A stretch of DNA of 64,000 nt from Candidatus Freyarchaeum deiterrae (lineage in GTDB: Archaea > Asgardarchaeota > Jordiarchaeia > Jordiarchaeales > Jordiarchaeaceae): contig CP147778.1 in NCBI GenBank assembly GCA_037305845.1, positions 1,216,001 through 1,280,000 on the forward strand, in the 5' to 3' direction. The translations under genes were made by a program, and so were the position numbers. This document shows, in pieces, positions 31,474-41,068 of the stretch (its first letter is position 1; each line of letters starts with the position of its first letter). The notes under the pieces were generated by a model that worked only from the letters and a program-made list of their open reading frames with translations, did not search any database and was not told the origin of the DNA.

Positions 31474-33426
31474 ATGAGTGAAAATGAGAAAAAAGCATCG
31501 GAAGTTGCTATCGGTGTCTACGTTTGCGAATGAGGCATTAACATAAAAAGCGTCGTTAACTGCGAAGAGGTAGCAGAATTCGCCAGTAAACTACCCAACG
31601 TAAAAACAGCGAAAACCTATTCATTCTTCTGCTCAGACCCCGGACAGAACATAATAAAGAAAGACGTTGAAACTCTAGGAATAAACAGAGTTGTAGTAGC
31701 ATCCTGCACACCAAAAATACATGAGCCGACCTACAGAGCCCTACTCGAAAGAGCGGGGATAAGCCCCTACTACTTCCAGATGGTTAACATCAGGGAACAG
31801 TGCTCTTGGGTACACTACAAGGATCCTAAGGAAGCCACGGAGAAAGCAAAGCAACTGGTCGCTGCCGGAGTAGCTAGAGCACGACTACTTGAGGATGTTC
31901 CTCAAAGGAAAGTGAAGGTCGAACCGGCGGTGCTTGTTGTCGGAGGCGGAATAGCGGGAATAAGCGCGGCGCTTACCATCGCAAATCACGGGCTGAAAGT
32001 GTATCTCGTTGAAAGGAAACCCACCATAGGAGGCCTAGCAGCTCAGCTTGACAGAACCTTCGCTACCGACGATTGTGCTATCTGAATATTGGCCCCGAAA
32101 ATGGTTGAAGCCTCTAAACACCCAAACATTAAACTTTACACCTACACCGAAATCAAAAAGGTAGCCGGAAGCCCAGGTGAGTTCGTGGTCACACTGCTTA
32201 AGAAACCAAGGTACGTAGACGAAACCAAATGCACGGGCTGCGGATCATGCACTGAGAAATGCCCCGTTGAGGTGCCCGACGAGTTTAACTATGGACTCGG
32301 AACCAGAAAAGCGATTTACATACCCTTCTCCCAAGCTGTGCCAAAAATTGCTCTAATATCAATGGAAGACTGCAGTCAGTGTAAATCCTGCCAACGCCAG
32401 TGTCTCGCGGGTGCAATAAACTACGACCAGAAACCTGAGGAGATCGATATCAAAGTGGGAGCAATAGTGGTAGCATCAGGAACAGAGGTATATGATGCAG
32501 CGAAGTATGGAGACTATGGCTACGGCATCTATGAGGATGTCATAACGCAAGCTGAGCTTGAGCGAATGCTGAACCCCACAGGTCCCACAAGCGGACGGAT
32601 CCTCAGAGTGTCCGACAGAAAAACGCCTAAACGCATAGTCATGATCCAATGTGTTGGATCAAGGGACGTGAAAAAGAACGCCTACTGCTCAGAAGTTTGC
32701 TGCATGGTAGCTTTAAAAAACGCCAAACTCATAAAACAGGAACACCCCGAAGCCGAGGTGACAATTTGGTACATAGATATACGAGCGGTAGATGAAGGCC
32801 ACGAAGAGTACTATAGAAGAACCAGAGAATACGGAATAAATTTCATCAGGGGAATGCCCGAAGTCTCATTCAACGGTAAAAGCCTAGTGGTTGAAGGTGA
32901 AAACACACTCACAAATGAATTCGTGAGCATGGAGGTCGACCTAATCGTTCTCTCCACGGCAATGGTCCCATCAAAAGCGGGAACAGAACTCGGTAAAATC
33001 TTAGGCCTTGATAAGGCTGCCAGCGGTTTCCTGAAACCGTTGCACACAGGACTCAGTCCTCAAGAGACAAAGACCCGCGCAATCTTTATCTGCGGTACGG
33101 CACAGGGCCCGAAAGACATATCCTACTCTGTCTCCTCAGCCAGAGCAGCAGCCTCAGCAGCAACAGCTTGGTGTCTAGCTGGCGAGGCCAGTCTTGAGCT
33201 AATAACCCCTGTGATCATAGAGGAACTATGCGTTGGTTGCAAGAGGTGCGAGAGAAGCTGTCCCTTTGGAGCCATAAAGGTTATCGACGGTGTCGCAAAA
33301 GTGGATGAAACGATGTGCAAGGGTTGTGGAATCTGTGTCGCTTCCTGCCCCGCACACGCATTGGATCTCAGATATTATCGCGATAAACAAATACGAGAAG
33401 AGGTAGCAGCTACTATAAAAACTTAA
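31474..33426 (+). CDS. hdrA: Heterodisulfide reductase subunit A, selenoprotein with two Sec (TGA 31531-31533 and 32083-32085), 650 aa
   Basis: GGAGGTGG RBS and ATG 31474; single frame GVYVCE-U-GINI...CSDPGQ...SCTP...NIREQCSW...GGGIAG...DDCAI-U-ILAPKM, ferredoxin motifs, QCVGSRD, CSEVCCM; both TGAs fall at conserved Cys positions. Confidence 0.93.
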
Positions 33427-33427
33427 G

Positions 33428-33503
33428 CGTCCTTATGCCTAATGAGTCCATCAGCAAAAGCCCTGCCTGGTGGATGAAAGCTCTGGTAGCAACCAGAAGG
33501 ACG
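33428..33503 (+). promoter_or_regulatory. Eukaryote-like SECIS element for hdrA
   Basis: AUGA 33442-45, 9-bp helix GUCCAUCAG/CUGGUGGAU, apical AAAA, GA 33476-77, enclosing helix CGUCCU/AGGACG, extra hairpin UCUGGU/ACCAGA. Confidence 0.82.
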
Positions 33504-33545
33504 AAAAACAATTATTTAAAAAAAGTGTATGTTGGAGGAAAACAG

Positions 33546-33974
33546 TTGACCTATCAAGTTGTGATGTATGCGTGTTGGAAATGAGGTTATGGAGCAGCCG
33601 ATCTGACAGGTGTTTCCAGACTATCGTACGATACCGCTATTAGAATTGTCCGTTTAAGGTGCACCGGACGACTTGACAGCTCACTACTGCTTGAGCCAAT
33701 TTGCAATGGCGCAGATGGTGTAATGGTAGTCGGATGCCATATCGGCGAGTGTGACTTTGAAAAAGGAAACATTATGGCAGAAAAACACGTCAAATTTGTT
33801 AAAAGAATACTTGAGAGACGCGGACTCGGCGGAGATAGAGTAAACATATACTATTGTTCAGCAGCTGAAGTCGGCCGATTCAAAGAATCCATTGATGACA
33901 TGATGAAGAAACTTGAGAAGCTTGGACCCAACCCCATACGCGAGCAAAAAATAATTACGGTTACCCCTGAATGA
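33546..33974 (+). CDS. mvhD: MvhD/VhuD [2Fe-2S] subunit, selenoprotein (TGA 33582-33584)
   Basis: GGAGG RBS and TTG 33546; MTYQVVMYACWK-U-GYGAADLTG...RCTGRLD...GADGVMVVGCHIGEC..EKGN...SAAE..F. Confidence 0.92.
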
Positions 33975-34039
33975 TTCCGAATCAGTAAATCTCGAAAGGT
34001 TCGGAGGACAATCCTCGTAAGCGGAGGATTAGGTAACTG
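33958..34039 (+). promoter_or_regulatory. Eukaryote-like SECIS element for mvhD, overlapping its stop codon
   Basis: AUGA 33971-74, 9-bp helix UUCCGAAUC/GGUUCGGAG, apical AAA, GA 34007-08, enclosing helix CGGUUACC/GGUAACUG, extra hairpin AAUCCUC/GAGGAUU. Confidence 0.8.
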
Positions 34040-34071
34040 TACTGCAAGTTATTTGAACGGAGGATAAACAA

Positions 34072-35520
34072 TTGGTAAAAAATTTGAAGGACGAACTGGA
34101 TGCAACATTAGAAGCCGTAAACAGTTTCAGGGTACGCGCATGGTTAGAAGGAGAAAAAGAAATTCTTGAGTGCGGCAAATTAACACATGAGGAATGGGAA
34201 AAACTCCTAGATTATTTTGTAGACGATGAAACAGAGCGAAGAAAAGTTTTGATAACTCTAAAAAAGTTAGGGAATGCGACTTTACCCCAACTAGAACAAG
34301 AATTAGGAATACCTAATTTTAATATTAGAAAGCACCTCCGACTTTTGGAATACGAAAAGTTAGTTGAAAGAAGTGATGAAAGTAAGGGTGATTCTGAAAC
34401 AGTCTATAAACCCGCTTTAAAGTCGGAACTGTCAAAAACCCCTTATGAAAAAATCAAGTTTATTGTGGATGAAAAGCTCTGCGCAGACTGTGGAGCTTGC
34501 GTAAGCTTTTGTCCGGTTAATGCAATAACAATTGTGGATGAAGCCCCCGTAATTGATGAGAACAAATGTATTGGATGTGGAATTTGCAACTATGTAGCCT
34601 GCCCCAGAACTTTCCTTTTTCTGGACCTTATGAGAGATTATATAAAGGGGGCGTCCTGCAATCTGGAGCAGGAACCTATAGCATCTTATAAAAACGCGTT
34701 CTCAGCCCAAACTAAAAGGGAAGAAATAAGAAAGGTTTGCCAAGATGGAGGCATAGTCACATCTCTCCTAACCTACCTTTTTGATCATAAATTGATAGAT
34801 GGTGTTTTAGCAGTTAAAAAGACGGGAGAAAACTGGGTATCGGAACCCGTCGTCATAACAAACAAAGAGGAACTGCTTCAAACAGCAGGTACAAAGTACG
34901 AGGTTACCCCCACGCTTGTTGGACTTGAAAAAGCCAAAAAAATGGGGCTTAAAAAAATTGCTGTAGCGGGAACCCCCTGCCAAATTCAAGCGGTTAGAAA
35001 GTCCCAAGTCTTTTCAGACAGGTTACAAGAACTCATGGGTGACATCGCATTTATAATAGGAATATTCTGTATGGAAAACTTTGCGTATCAGACTATGAAG
35101 AAAATTTCTGAGGAGTACTGCAAGGTTAGCCTAGAAAACGCCCGTAAGATGGACATAAACAAGGGGCAATTCTCAGTACATTCCAAAACAGGCGAAAAGA
35201 CATCGGTACCAGTTAAAGAGGTAACAAGCCTAGCGAGAGAAGCTTGCCACATATGCCCAGACCTTACAAACGAGCTCGCAGACATATCAGTGGGCTCCAT
35301 TGGATCGCCACCCGGCTGGTCAACTGTCCTCATTAGAACAGAAAGAGGAAAGGAAGTTTTTCAAAAGGCTCAGGATGAGGGATACCTGACCTCAAAGCCA
35401 TTGGAGGAAGCGGAAACAGGATTACCCATGGTGATAAAACTAGCAAAAGGGAAAAGAAAAAGAAACCTGGAAAAACTAGAATCTAAAAGAGCAGAGGGAA
35501 AATATGCCACCTGCTTTTAA
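34072..35520 (+). CDS. FrhB/FdhB-family F420-binding oxidoreductase with N-terminal wHTH and ferredoxin domains
   Basis: CADCGACVSFCP, CIGCGICNYVACP, QDGGIVTSLL, AGTKY, GTPCQ, GIFCMENF, CHICPD..NELADISVGSIG. Confidence 0.9.
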   Translation: MVKNLKDELDATLEAVNSFRVRAWLEGEKEILECGKLTHEEWEKLLDYFVDDETERRKVLITLKKLGNATLPQLEQELGIPNFNIRKHLRLLEYEKLVERSDESKGDSETVYKPALKSELSKTPYEKIKFIVDEKLCADCGACVSFCPVNAITIVDEAPVIDENKCIGCGICNYVACPRTFLFLDLMRDYIKGASCNLEQEPIASYKNAFSAQTKREEIRKVCQDGGIVTSLLTYLFDHKLIDGVLAVKKTGENWVSEPVVITNKEELLQTAGTKYEVTPTLVGLEKAKKMGLKKIAVAGTPCQIQAVRKSQVFSDRLQELMGDIAFIIGIFCMENFAYQTMKKISEEYCKVSLENARKMDINKGQFSVHSKTGEKTSVPVKEVTSLAREACHICPDLTNELADISVGSIGSPPGWSTVLIRTERGKEVFQKAQDEGYLTSKPLEEAETGLPMVIKLAKGKRKRNLEKLESKRAEGKYATCF

Positions 35521-35567
35521 TTCTATCTTTCAATAATAAGATATGCCTCGGAGGGCACTCTCGTCGT

Positions 35568-36839
35568 TTATTTTAGTTCTACTTCAAATTCGCAGTATTC
35601 GTCTCCCTTTGCTATGCACTTTGTTTCTCTGCACTTCCACTCCTTCTTTGTGGCTACCTGAAGAGTTCCGGCAAGAGCCCCCTCAATAAAAGTGCATACC
35701 GGATAATCCGAGTGACCGTATGATAAAGCGATCGTAGAAATAAAGGTTAATTTTAGTTTGCCCTCGTCAATACTTCCTTCCATTGAAAACGGTCTACCCC
35801 ATCCTGTGACCGTGATATATTTTATAACTTCTTCTAAGAGTTTTTTGTTGTTTATCTGGCGTTCAGATTCAATAAAACTGGATACGCTTATTCCCACACG
35901 TAAACCCGAATCGAAAATTATTCGTCGATACTCTTCATAGATGAGTAAACTTTTCATGGTTTCAAGAGGTAATGTGAAAACCTGTATTGGAGCGATGACA
36001 TGATTCCAACCGAACAACGAAACTTGTCCTAATTCGTTAAACGACATACCTTCTTTCAACTCATCAAAAGAGTCGTACAATGGGAATAGTGTGATGAAGT
36101 TGTCATGGGTGAATAAATACGCAAGTCTCTGATTCAGAATTTTATGAGCTTCACTCACTAAAGGAGTTCTTGAAACATGTACGTATGATTGCTTTTTATC
36201 ACCGATTGTTTCAAATCCAAGGTTTATTGCATAATCAACAAGGTGATTTAATGTGTTAATTACCTGTGGTTCATGAACATCACGATTTGCTATTCCTAAA
36301 AGTATACCGCCTTCTCTTTTAGTATCCATGGTTAGTTTTCGAATCATCTTTAAAACAGTTTTCGAATCGAAGTCAATAATTGAAGAACTTATATTTGCAT
36401 AAATAACAAGTATTGTTAGGTCTGGAAACAGCTGTTTGATTTGGTTTTTTGCGCCGTTTATTTCATAAATAATGCTATTTAGGTCATTCGCTATCCCTCT
36501 AATATTTTTAATACTACTATAGGTAGCGTTGGTTTTATTTTCGCCTGAAACCAAATCCAAGTAATAGAACCTGCCATCGTTTATAGAATTTTGAAATGCT
36601 GCATTCTTCTCATCGGAATAATTCTTCTTAAACTGCCTCTGAACTATATTGAAGGGCAAATTTGTATTAATAGTTATAACCGCCCCACCCTTCTCCACAA
36701 AATTCAAAGCAAGTAAGCCCGCAAGCCTATTTGCATCGTTTAGTGAAAAGGAATCAGAAGCCAACAAAATTGACAAACCATCATACAGGCGCCCTAAAGT
36801 TTTATCAATGTAATCAATTCCCGTTTTACGAATCTTCAA
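35568..36839 (-). CDS. Inactive KaiC/RecA-like domain fused to V4R domain (paralog 4 in transcription order)
   Basis: KTGIDYIDKTLG start, LNHLVDYAINL; V4R GWG...PVC...ETKCIAKGDEYCEF. Confidence 0.8.
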   Translation of the reverse strand: MKIRKTGIDYIDKTLGRLYDGLSILLASDSFSLNDANRLAGLLALNFVEKGGAVITINTNLPFNIVQRQFKKNYSDEKNAAFQNSINDGRFYYLDLVSGENKTNATYSSIKNIRGIANDLNSIIYEINGAKNQIKQLFPDLTILVIYANISSSIIDFDSKTVLKMIRKLTMDTKREGGILLGIANRDVHEPQVINTLNHLVDYAINLGFETIGDKKQSYVHVSRTPLVSEAHKILNQRLAYLFTHDNFITLFPLYDSFDELKEGMSFNELGQVSLFGWNHVIAPIQVFTLPLETMKSLLIYEEYRRIIFDSGLRVGISVSSFIESERQINNKKLLEEVIKYITVTGWGRPFSMEGSIDEGKLKLTFISTIALSYGHSDYPVCTFIEGALAGTLQVATKKEWKCRETKCIAKGDEYCEFEVELK

Positions 36840-36937
36840 AACTAATCCCTCTCTCAATCCATTAAAAAACAAGTAATATAAATATTATCTTTTTTCCATT
36901 GGTAGATAAATAGATAGAACACCAAATTCGCGAATAC

Positions 36938-38209
36938 TTATTTTTCAACTTCTGCTTCAAATTCACATAACTCATCACCAGTCGCTATACAGTTTGTTTC
37001 TCTGCAAAACCACTTGTTTCCTGTAACGCCTTCTAAAATACCTGCCATAATGCTCTCAAATATCAGACTAACTTTATGATCAGATTTTCCGTAGTAAAGT
37101 GCAAATGTTTCAAAATAAGATATTTTGAGTCTACCAGACTCTAGACTTCCCTCCTTTTTGATTAGTCTTCCCCACCCTCGAATTAGTATATGGTTTATTG
37201 CTGCGTCTAGCAATTCATTTCCCTCTAGGCCATATTCTGATCTAAATAATTTTGTAATTTCCAGACCCACCGCTTTACCGAAATTTTTTATGAATTCTCC
37301 GCATTCATTTATTTCCAAATTTTTCTCAAGCTCTTTATACAATAATAAGAAAGTGTTTAGAGGTATAATCAAATATTCTATATTATGGATTGAAAGTGCT
37401 CCGCTCTCCCGATAAGAAATACTTCTTTTCAACTCATCAAAAACTGGAGCCAGAGAGGGAATTGTTGAGAAATTATTTTCAGAAATGGTATAAGCATATC
37501 TTTGTTGTAAATTTGTTATATTTGACTCTAAAATTGGGGATTTCAACACTTGAATATATGGTTGTTTTACTCCTCCATTTTCTACCGAACTGAGTTCTAC
37601 TACAAAGTCCGCAAAGTGCATTAATGTGTTTATTACGCGGTAATCATGCAAGTCGCGATTAACGAAGCCAGTGATAAGATATCCTTTTTGCTTTGCATTT
37701 GTTGTCAGCTTTCTAAACATTTTTAAAACGGGTCCTGGGCCAAAATCAATGATGGAGGAACTAAAATTCTGGTACGAAACCAAAACGGGGGTTTCTGGAA
37801 AACTTTTTTTGATCTGATCCCTTAAAAAAAGAATTTCGTACATGATTTTATTCTGATCGTTATTTATTCTGATTATACCTTTAAGATTATTCAAATCCTC
37901 CTTGGAAGCTTCCTCCGAAGCGATATCTACATAGTAAAACCTACCTTCATCCAAACTTTTTTCTAAAAAAGGAAGTTCTTCCGCCGCAAACCTACTTTTA
38001 GTATCATCAAAAAGCATGGAAAATGGTAGGCTTGTACTTACAAAGATACAACCTGCTCCTTGTTTAATGTGGTTTAGATTAATTAAATCGCAGAGAGTTA
38101 TCGTATCGTTGAGAGTCAAAGAATCGCATATGAACAATATTGAAGTACATTCATCTAGATTGCCCAGAGCCTCGTCTATAAAATTTATTAAAGTTTTTTC
38201 TATCTTCAA
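36938..38209 (-). CDS. Inactive KaiC/RecA-like domain fused to V4R domain (paralog 3)
   Basis: LMHFADFVVEL, PYIQVLKSP; V4R GWG...ETNCIATGDELCEF. Confidence 0.8.
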   Translation of the reverse strand: MKIEKTLINFIDEALGNLDECTSILFICDSLTLNDTITLCDLINLNHIKQGAGCIFVSTSLPFSMLFDDTKSRFAAEELPFLEKSLDEGRFYYVDIASEEASKEDLNNLKGIIRINNDQNKIMYEILFLRDQIKKSFPETPVLVSYQNFSSSIIDFGPGPVLKMFRKLTTNAKQKGYLITGFVNRDLHDYRVINTLMHFADFVVELSSVENGGVKQPYIQVLKSPILESNITNLQQRYAYTISENNFSTIPSLAPVFDELKRSISYRESGALSIHNIEYLIIPLNTFLLLYKELEKNLEINECGEFIKNFGKAVGLEITKLFRSEYGLEGNELLDAAINHILIRGWGRLIKKEGSLESGRLKISYFETFALYYGKSDHKVSLIFESIMAGILEGVTGNKWFCRETNCIATGDELCEFEAEVEK

Positions 38210-38244
38210 ACATATACCTCATTAAGTTTCAATTCATGAATAGT

Positions 38245-39531
38245 TCACTGATTTTCAATAAGCTTCAATTCAAATTTGCATTTTTTGTTTCCCATGGCGA
38301 TACATTCCTTTTCCGTACAACTCCAACTGAGTGAAGTAATTTCTTTCAAGATTCCTTGAAGAATTCCTCCTTCCAACACGCAAACAGGATAATCGGATTC
38401 TCCATAATTAGCCGCAAATATAGAAAAGGCTTCTAAAGTTATCCTTTTGGATTTAATATTTCCCTCCAAAATGTTGAACTTACCCCAACCGGTAATTGAG
38501 AGGTGATTTAATGCAGCTTTAAAAAGTTCTTCGGCGTTTAGATCAAATTGGGGGGATAATGCTTTTATGATAAGTGTTCCTATCGAACCACCTACCCTTC
38601 CAATTATTTTAGTGTATTCGCTTTTTCCAAGTTTTTTTTCAGACTCTTTTAAGAGATGTAGTAAACTCCATATTTCGATAATAACATAATTTGTACCGTA
38701 AGCGGTGACCTCTCCTCTTTCAAGATAGGAAATATTTTCCTTTAACTCTTCGAAGGTTGTAGGAAGAGAGGGGATTGTATAAAAGTTATCTTCCGAAATT
38801 TCATAAGCGATTTTTTTGTAAAGGCTTTTTTCGGTGTCCTTCAACAGGGGAGTTCTATTTACTGACACGTAGGGTTGCTTTTTACCGCCGAGTATATCTA
38901 TTCCAAATTCAAGTATATAATCGGTAAAGTGAGTGATGGAATTGGTTACATTCTGCTCTTGCATTTCTCGATTCAAGATACCAAGAAATAAATCACTCCC
39001 TTGCTTAACATTCAAAATCAGTTTTCTTATCATGTTTAATACGACTTGAGGCTCAAAATCCACAATCAGGGAACTGATATTTGTGTGTAAAATTAGAACG
39101 GGGGCGTCTGAAAAGATTTTTTTGATTTGATTCTTTGCATTTAAAATTTCATACACTATTCGAGGAGGATCATTTACAACTTCCGTTATAAACTCTGAAT
39201 AATTGAACTTCTGGGTACTAACGGTTTCCTCTACAACAATATTAAGAAAATGCAATCTCCCTTCATTCATAGCCTTCTGAAGAATAAGCCTTTTCGCGGG
39301 CGATTGAAAATATAATGTTTCATTTACCGCCAAAGAGAAGGGAAGATTTTCATAAATAAGAACGCACCCCCCACCCTTTTCCAAAATGTTCAACGCTATT
39401 AAACTTCCAAGCTTCTGAGCATCATCTGCCGTAGCTGAGTCCGTGGAAAACATTATGGGTAAACCATCATAAAGAACACCGAGGGTTTGATCCACAAATT
39501 CTATTCCAATGTTTTGAATTTTCAATTCCAC
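38245..39531 (-). CDS. Inactive KaiC/RecA-like domain fused to V4R domain (paralog 2)
   Basis: GIEFVDQTLG, ITHFTDYILEF; V4R GWG...PVC...EKECIAMGNKKCKF. Confidence 0.8.
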   Translation of the reverse strand: MELKIQNIGIEFVDQTLGVLYDGLPIMFSTDSATADDAQKLGSLIALNILEKGGGCVLIYENLPFSLAVNETLYFQSPAKRLILQKAMNEGRLHFLNIVVEETVSTQKFNYSEFITEVVNDPPRIVYEILNAKNQIKKIFSDAPVLILHTNISSLIVDFEPQVVLNMIRKLILNVKQGSDLFLGILNREMQEQNVTNSITHFTDYILEFGIDILGGKKQPYVSVNRTPLLKDTEKSLYKKIAYEISEDNFYTIPSLPTTFEELKENISYLERGEVTAYGTNYVIIEIWSLLHLLKESEKKLGKSEYTKIIGRVGGSIGTLIIKALSPQFDLNAEELFKAALNHLSITGWGKFNILEGNIKSKRITLEAFSIFAANYGESDYPVCVLEGGILQGILKEITSLSWSCTEKECIAMGNKKCKFELKLIENQ

Positions 39532-39591
39532 ATCTCCTCAGAATAGGCAATAAAAGATAATCTGAAGTTGTTAAAAAAAATTAATGTTTGT

Positions 39592-40863
39592 TCAGGATTC
39601 TATCTGAGCCAATTCAAACTCGCAGTAATCATCGCCCATAGCTATGCACTTTGTTTCCTTACAAACCCATTTTTTCCCCGTGATTTCTTCAACAAGTCCC
39701 AGCAGGCTGCCCTCTATCAATACATCCACGGGCTTGTTTGATTTATCCCATTTTTCAGCTAGTGACGAATGGACCCGAATTTTTATTTTACCAGATTCAA
39801 GAGTTCCCTCAATACTTAATAGCCTACCATAGCCTCTAGCACCGCCGTACTTAATAGTTAACAGCAGTAAGCGATCATCTTTTATTTTGAATTCAGATTC
39901 AACCGCTCTAACGTTTTTGACCACAAATTCTCTACCTAGTTCTAAAATCGTTTTTCTATATAGTTCGTAATCAATATTTTTTTCCATGGCTTTTAGAAGT
40001 TCCGTTGTAAATTGGACTGGAAGTACAAGGTTTTGGGTTCCTAGTATTGAAACCTCTCCTTTTTGATAAAAAACCTGCCCATCTTCTAATTCATCTAGGT
40101 AGAAAGATATGGGTGAAAAGGTTTCAAACTTGTTCCCAGAAATGTAATATGTAAGTTTTTTAAACAGAATTCTTTTAGAAAATCCCACTATTGGTGTTTT
40201 AGTGACTTGAAAATAAGGACGCGGTGAATCGCCCTTTAATTCTAATCCAAACTCACCAGTATAGCTCGAAAATTGTTTCAGGATATTTGTTATTTCCGAT
40301 TCATGAACATCTCTGTTTACCAGCCCGATAAAGATGTCACTGTCCTGTTTTATTTTCGCAATCAGTTTTCGTAACATCTTTAAAACAGCTTTTGAATCAA
40401 AATCAATTATGGAAGAGCTTATATTATGATACAAGACAATAATTTTAGAATCAGGAAACTTCTCCTTAGTTCTATCCATTGCTTGGCTAGCTTCGTACAA
40501 TATCATATCCAAATCGTTTTTAACCAGTTTAACGCCACTAACTTCAGTTTTACCGGATTGCCCTTTATTAGATGTTAAATCTAGATAAGTGAAACGCCCT
40601 TCATTCATTGCTTTTACTAAAGCAGGAAATTTCTCAGGCAGAAAAAGTTGTTTAAATTTTTGACGACCTAAAAAATAGGGTTCATCTGTTTGAACTGCCA
40701 CGCAGGACATCCCCTGATCTATCAAATTAAGGGTAACTGACAGACTAAGCATCATCGCGTCGTTTAGCGTAGAAGAGTCTGCAGTAAAAAGCAGCACCTG
40801 CCCTCCGGAAATTTTACCCAAAGAAAAGTCTATAACGGGTATCTTAGTATCAATTACCTCCAA
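39592..40863 (-). CDS. Inactive KaiC/RecA-like domain fused to V4R domain (paralog 1)
   Basis: TKIPVIDFSLG, NRDVHE; V4R GYG...ETKCIAMGDDYCEF. Confidence 0.8.
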   Translation of the reverse strand: MEVIDTKIPVIDFSLGKISGGQVLLFTADSSTLNDAMMLSLSVTLNLIDQGMSCVAVQTDEPYFLGRQKFKQLFLPEKFPALVKAMNEGRFTYLDLTSNKGQSGKTEVSGVKLVKNDLDMILYEASQAMDRTKEKFPDSKIIVLYHNISSSIIDFDSKAVLKMLRKLIAKIKQDSDIFIGLVNRDVHESEITNILKQFSSYTGEFGLELKGDSPRPYFQVTKTPIVGFSKRILFKKLTYYISGNKFETFSPISFYLDELEDGQVFYQKGEVSILGTQNLVLPVQFTTELLKAMEKNIDYELYRKTILELGREFVVKNVRAVESEFKIKDDRLLLLTIKYGGARGYGRLLSIEGTLESGKIKIRVHSSLAEKWDKSNKPVDVLIEGSLLGLVEEITGKKWVCKETKCIAMGDDYCEFELAQIES

Positions 40864-41068
40864 AATGCCACCATCTCAGACATTTTAATTATATATATTA
40901 TGTGAAATTATATATGTACTATTATCATTTTCATTATAAAAAATTTGAGTATAGCGCATAATAATTTGAGGAGATGTATTATTATGAGTTGATAGAGTGA
41001 TTTTTAAAATATCTTATTAAAAATAAAGCACGGAGAGGTAAAGATAAAACTATTTGGGAATTGTTGAC

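Noticed and set aside
30938-31498. 186-aa minus-strand ORF
   Set aside because: Antisense to the small ORF and the hdrA start; no recognisable protein features
33428-33510. Hammerhead ribozyme resemblance (CUAAUGAGUCC...GGAUGAAA, three-way junction)
   Set aside because: The core has A at the essential G5 position and there is no UH cleavage site before the closing stem; position after a UGA-containing gene fits a SECIS better
31474-33974. hdrA and mvhD as nonsense-mutated pseudogenes, or a genome-wide UGA reassignment
   Set aside because: All three internal stops are TGA at conserved Cys positions with SECIS-like elements downstream; other genes use TGA as a normal stop
33972-34072. Readthrough fusion of mvhD to the frhB-like gene
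   Set aside because: The mvhD frame hits TAA at 34065-34067, and frhB starts in a different frame with its own GGAGG RBS
35568-40863. Circadian kaiC clock cluster
   Set aside because: Single degenerate domains without Walker motifs; no kaiA/kaiB; fused to V4R
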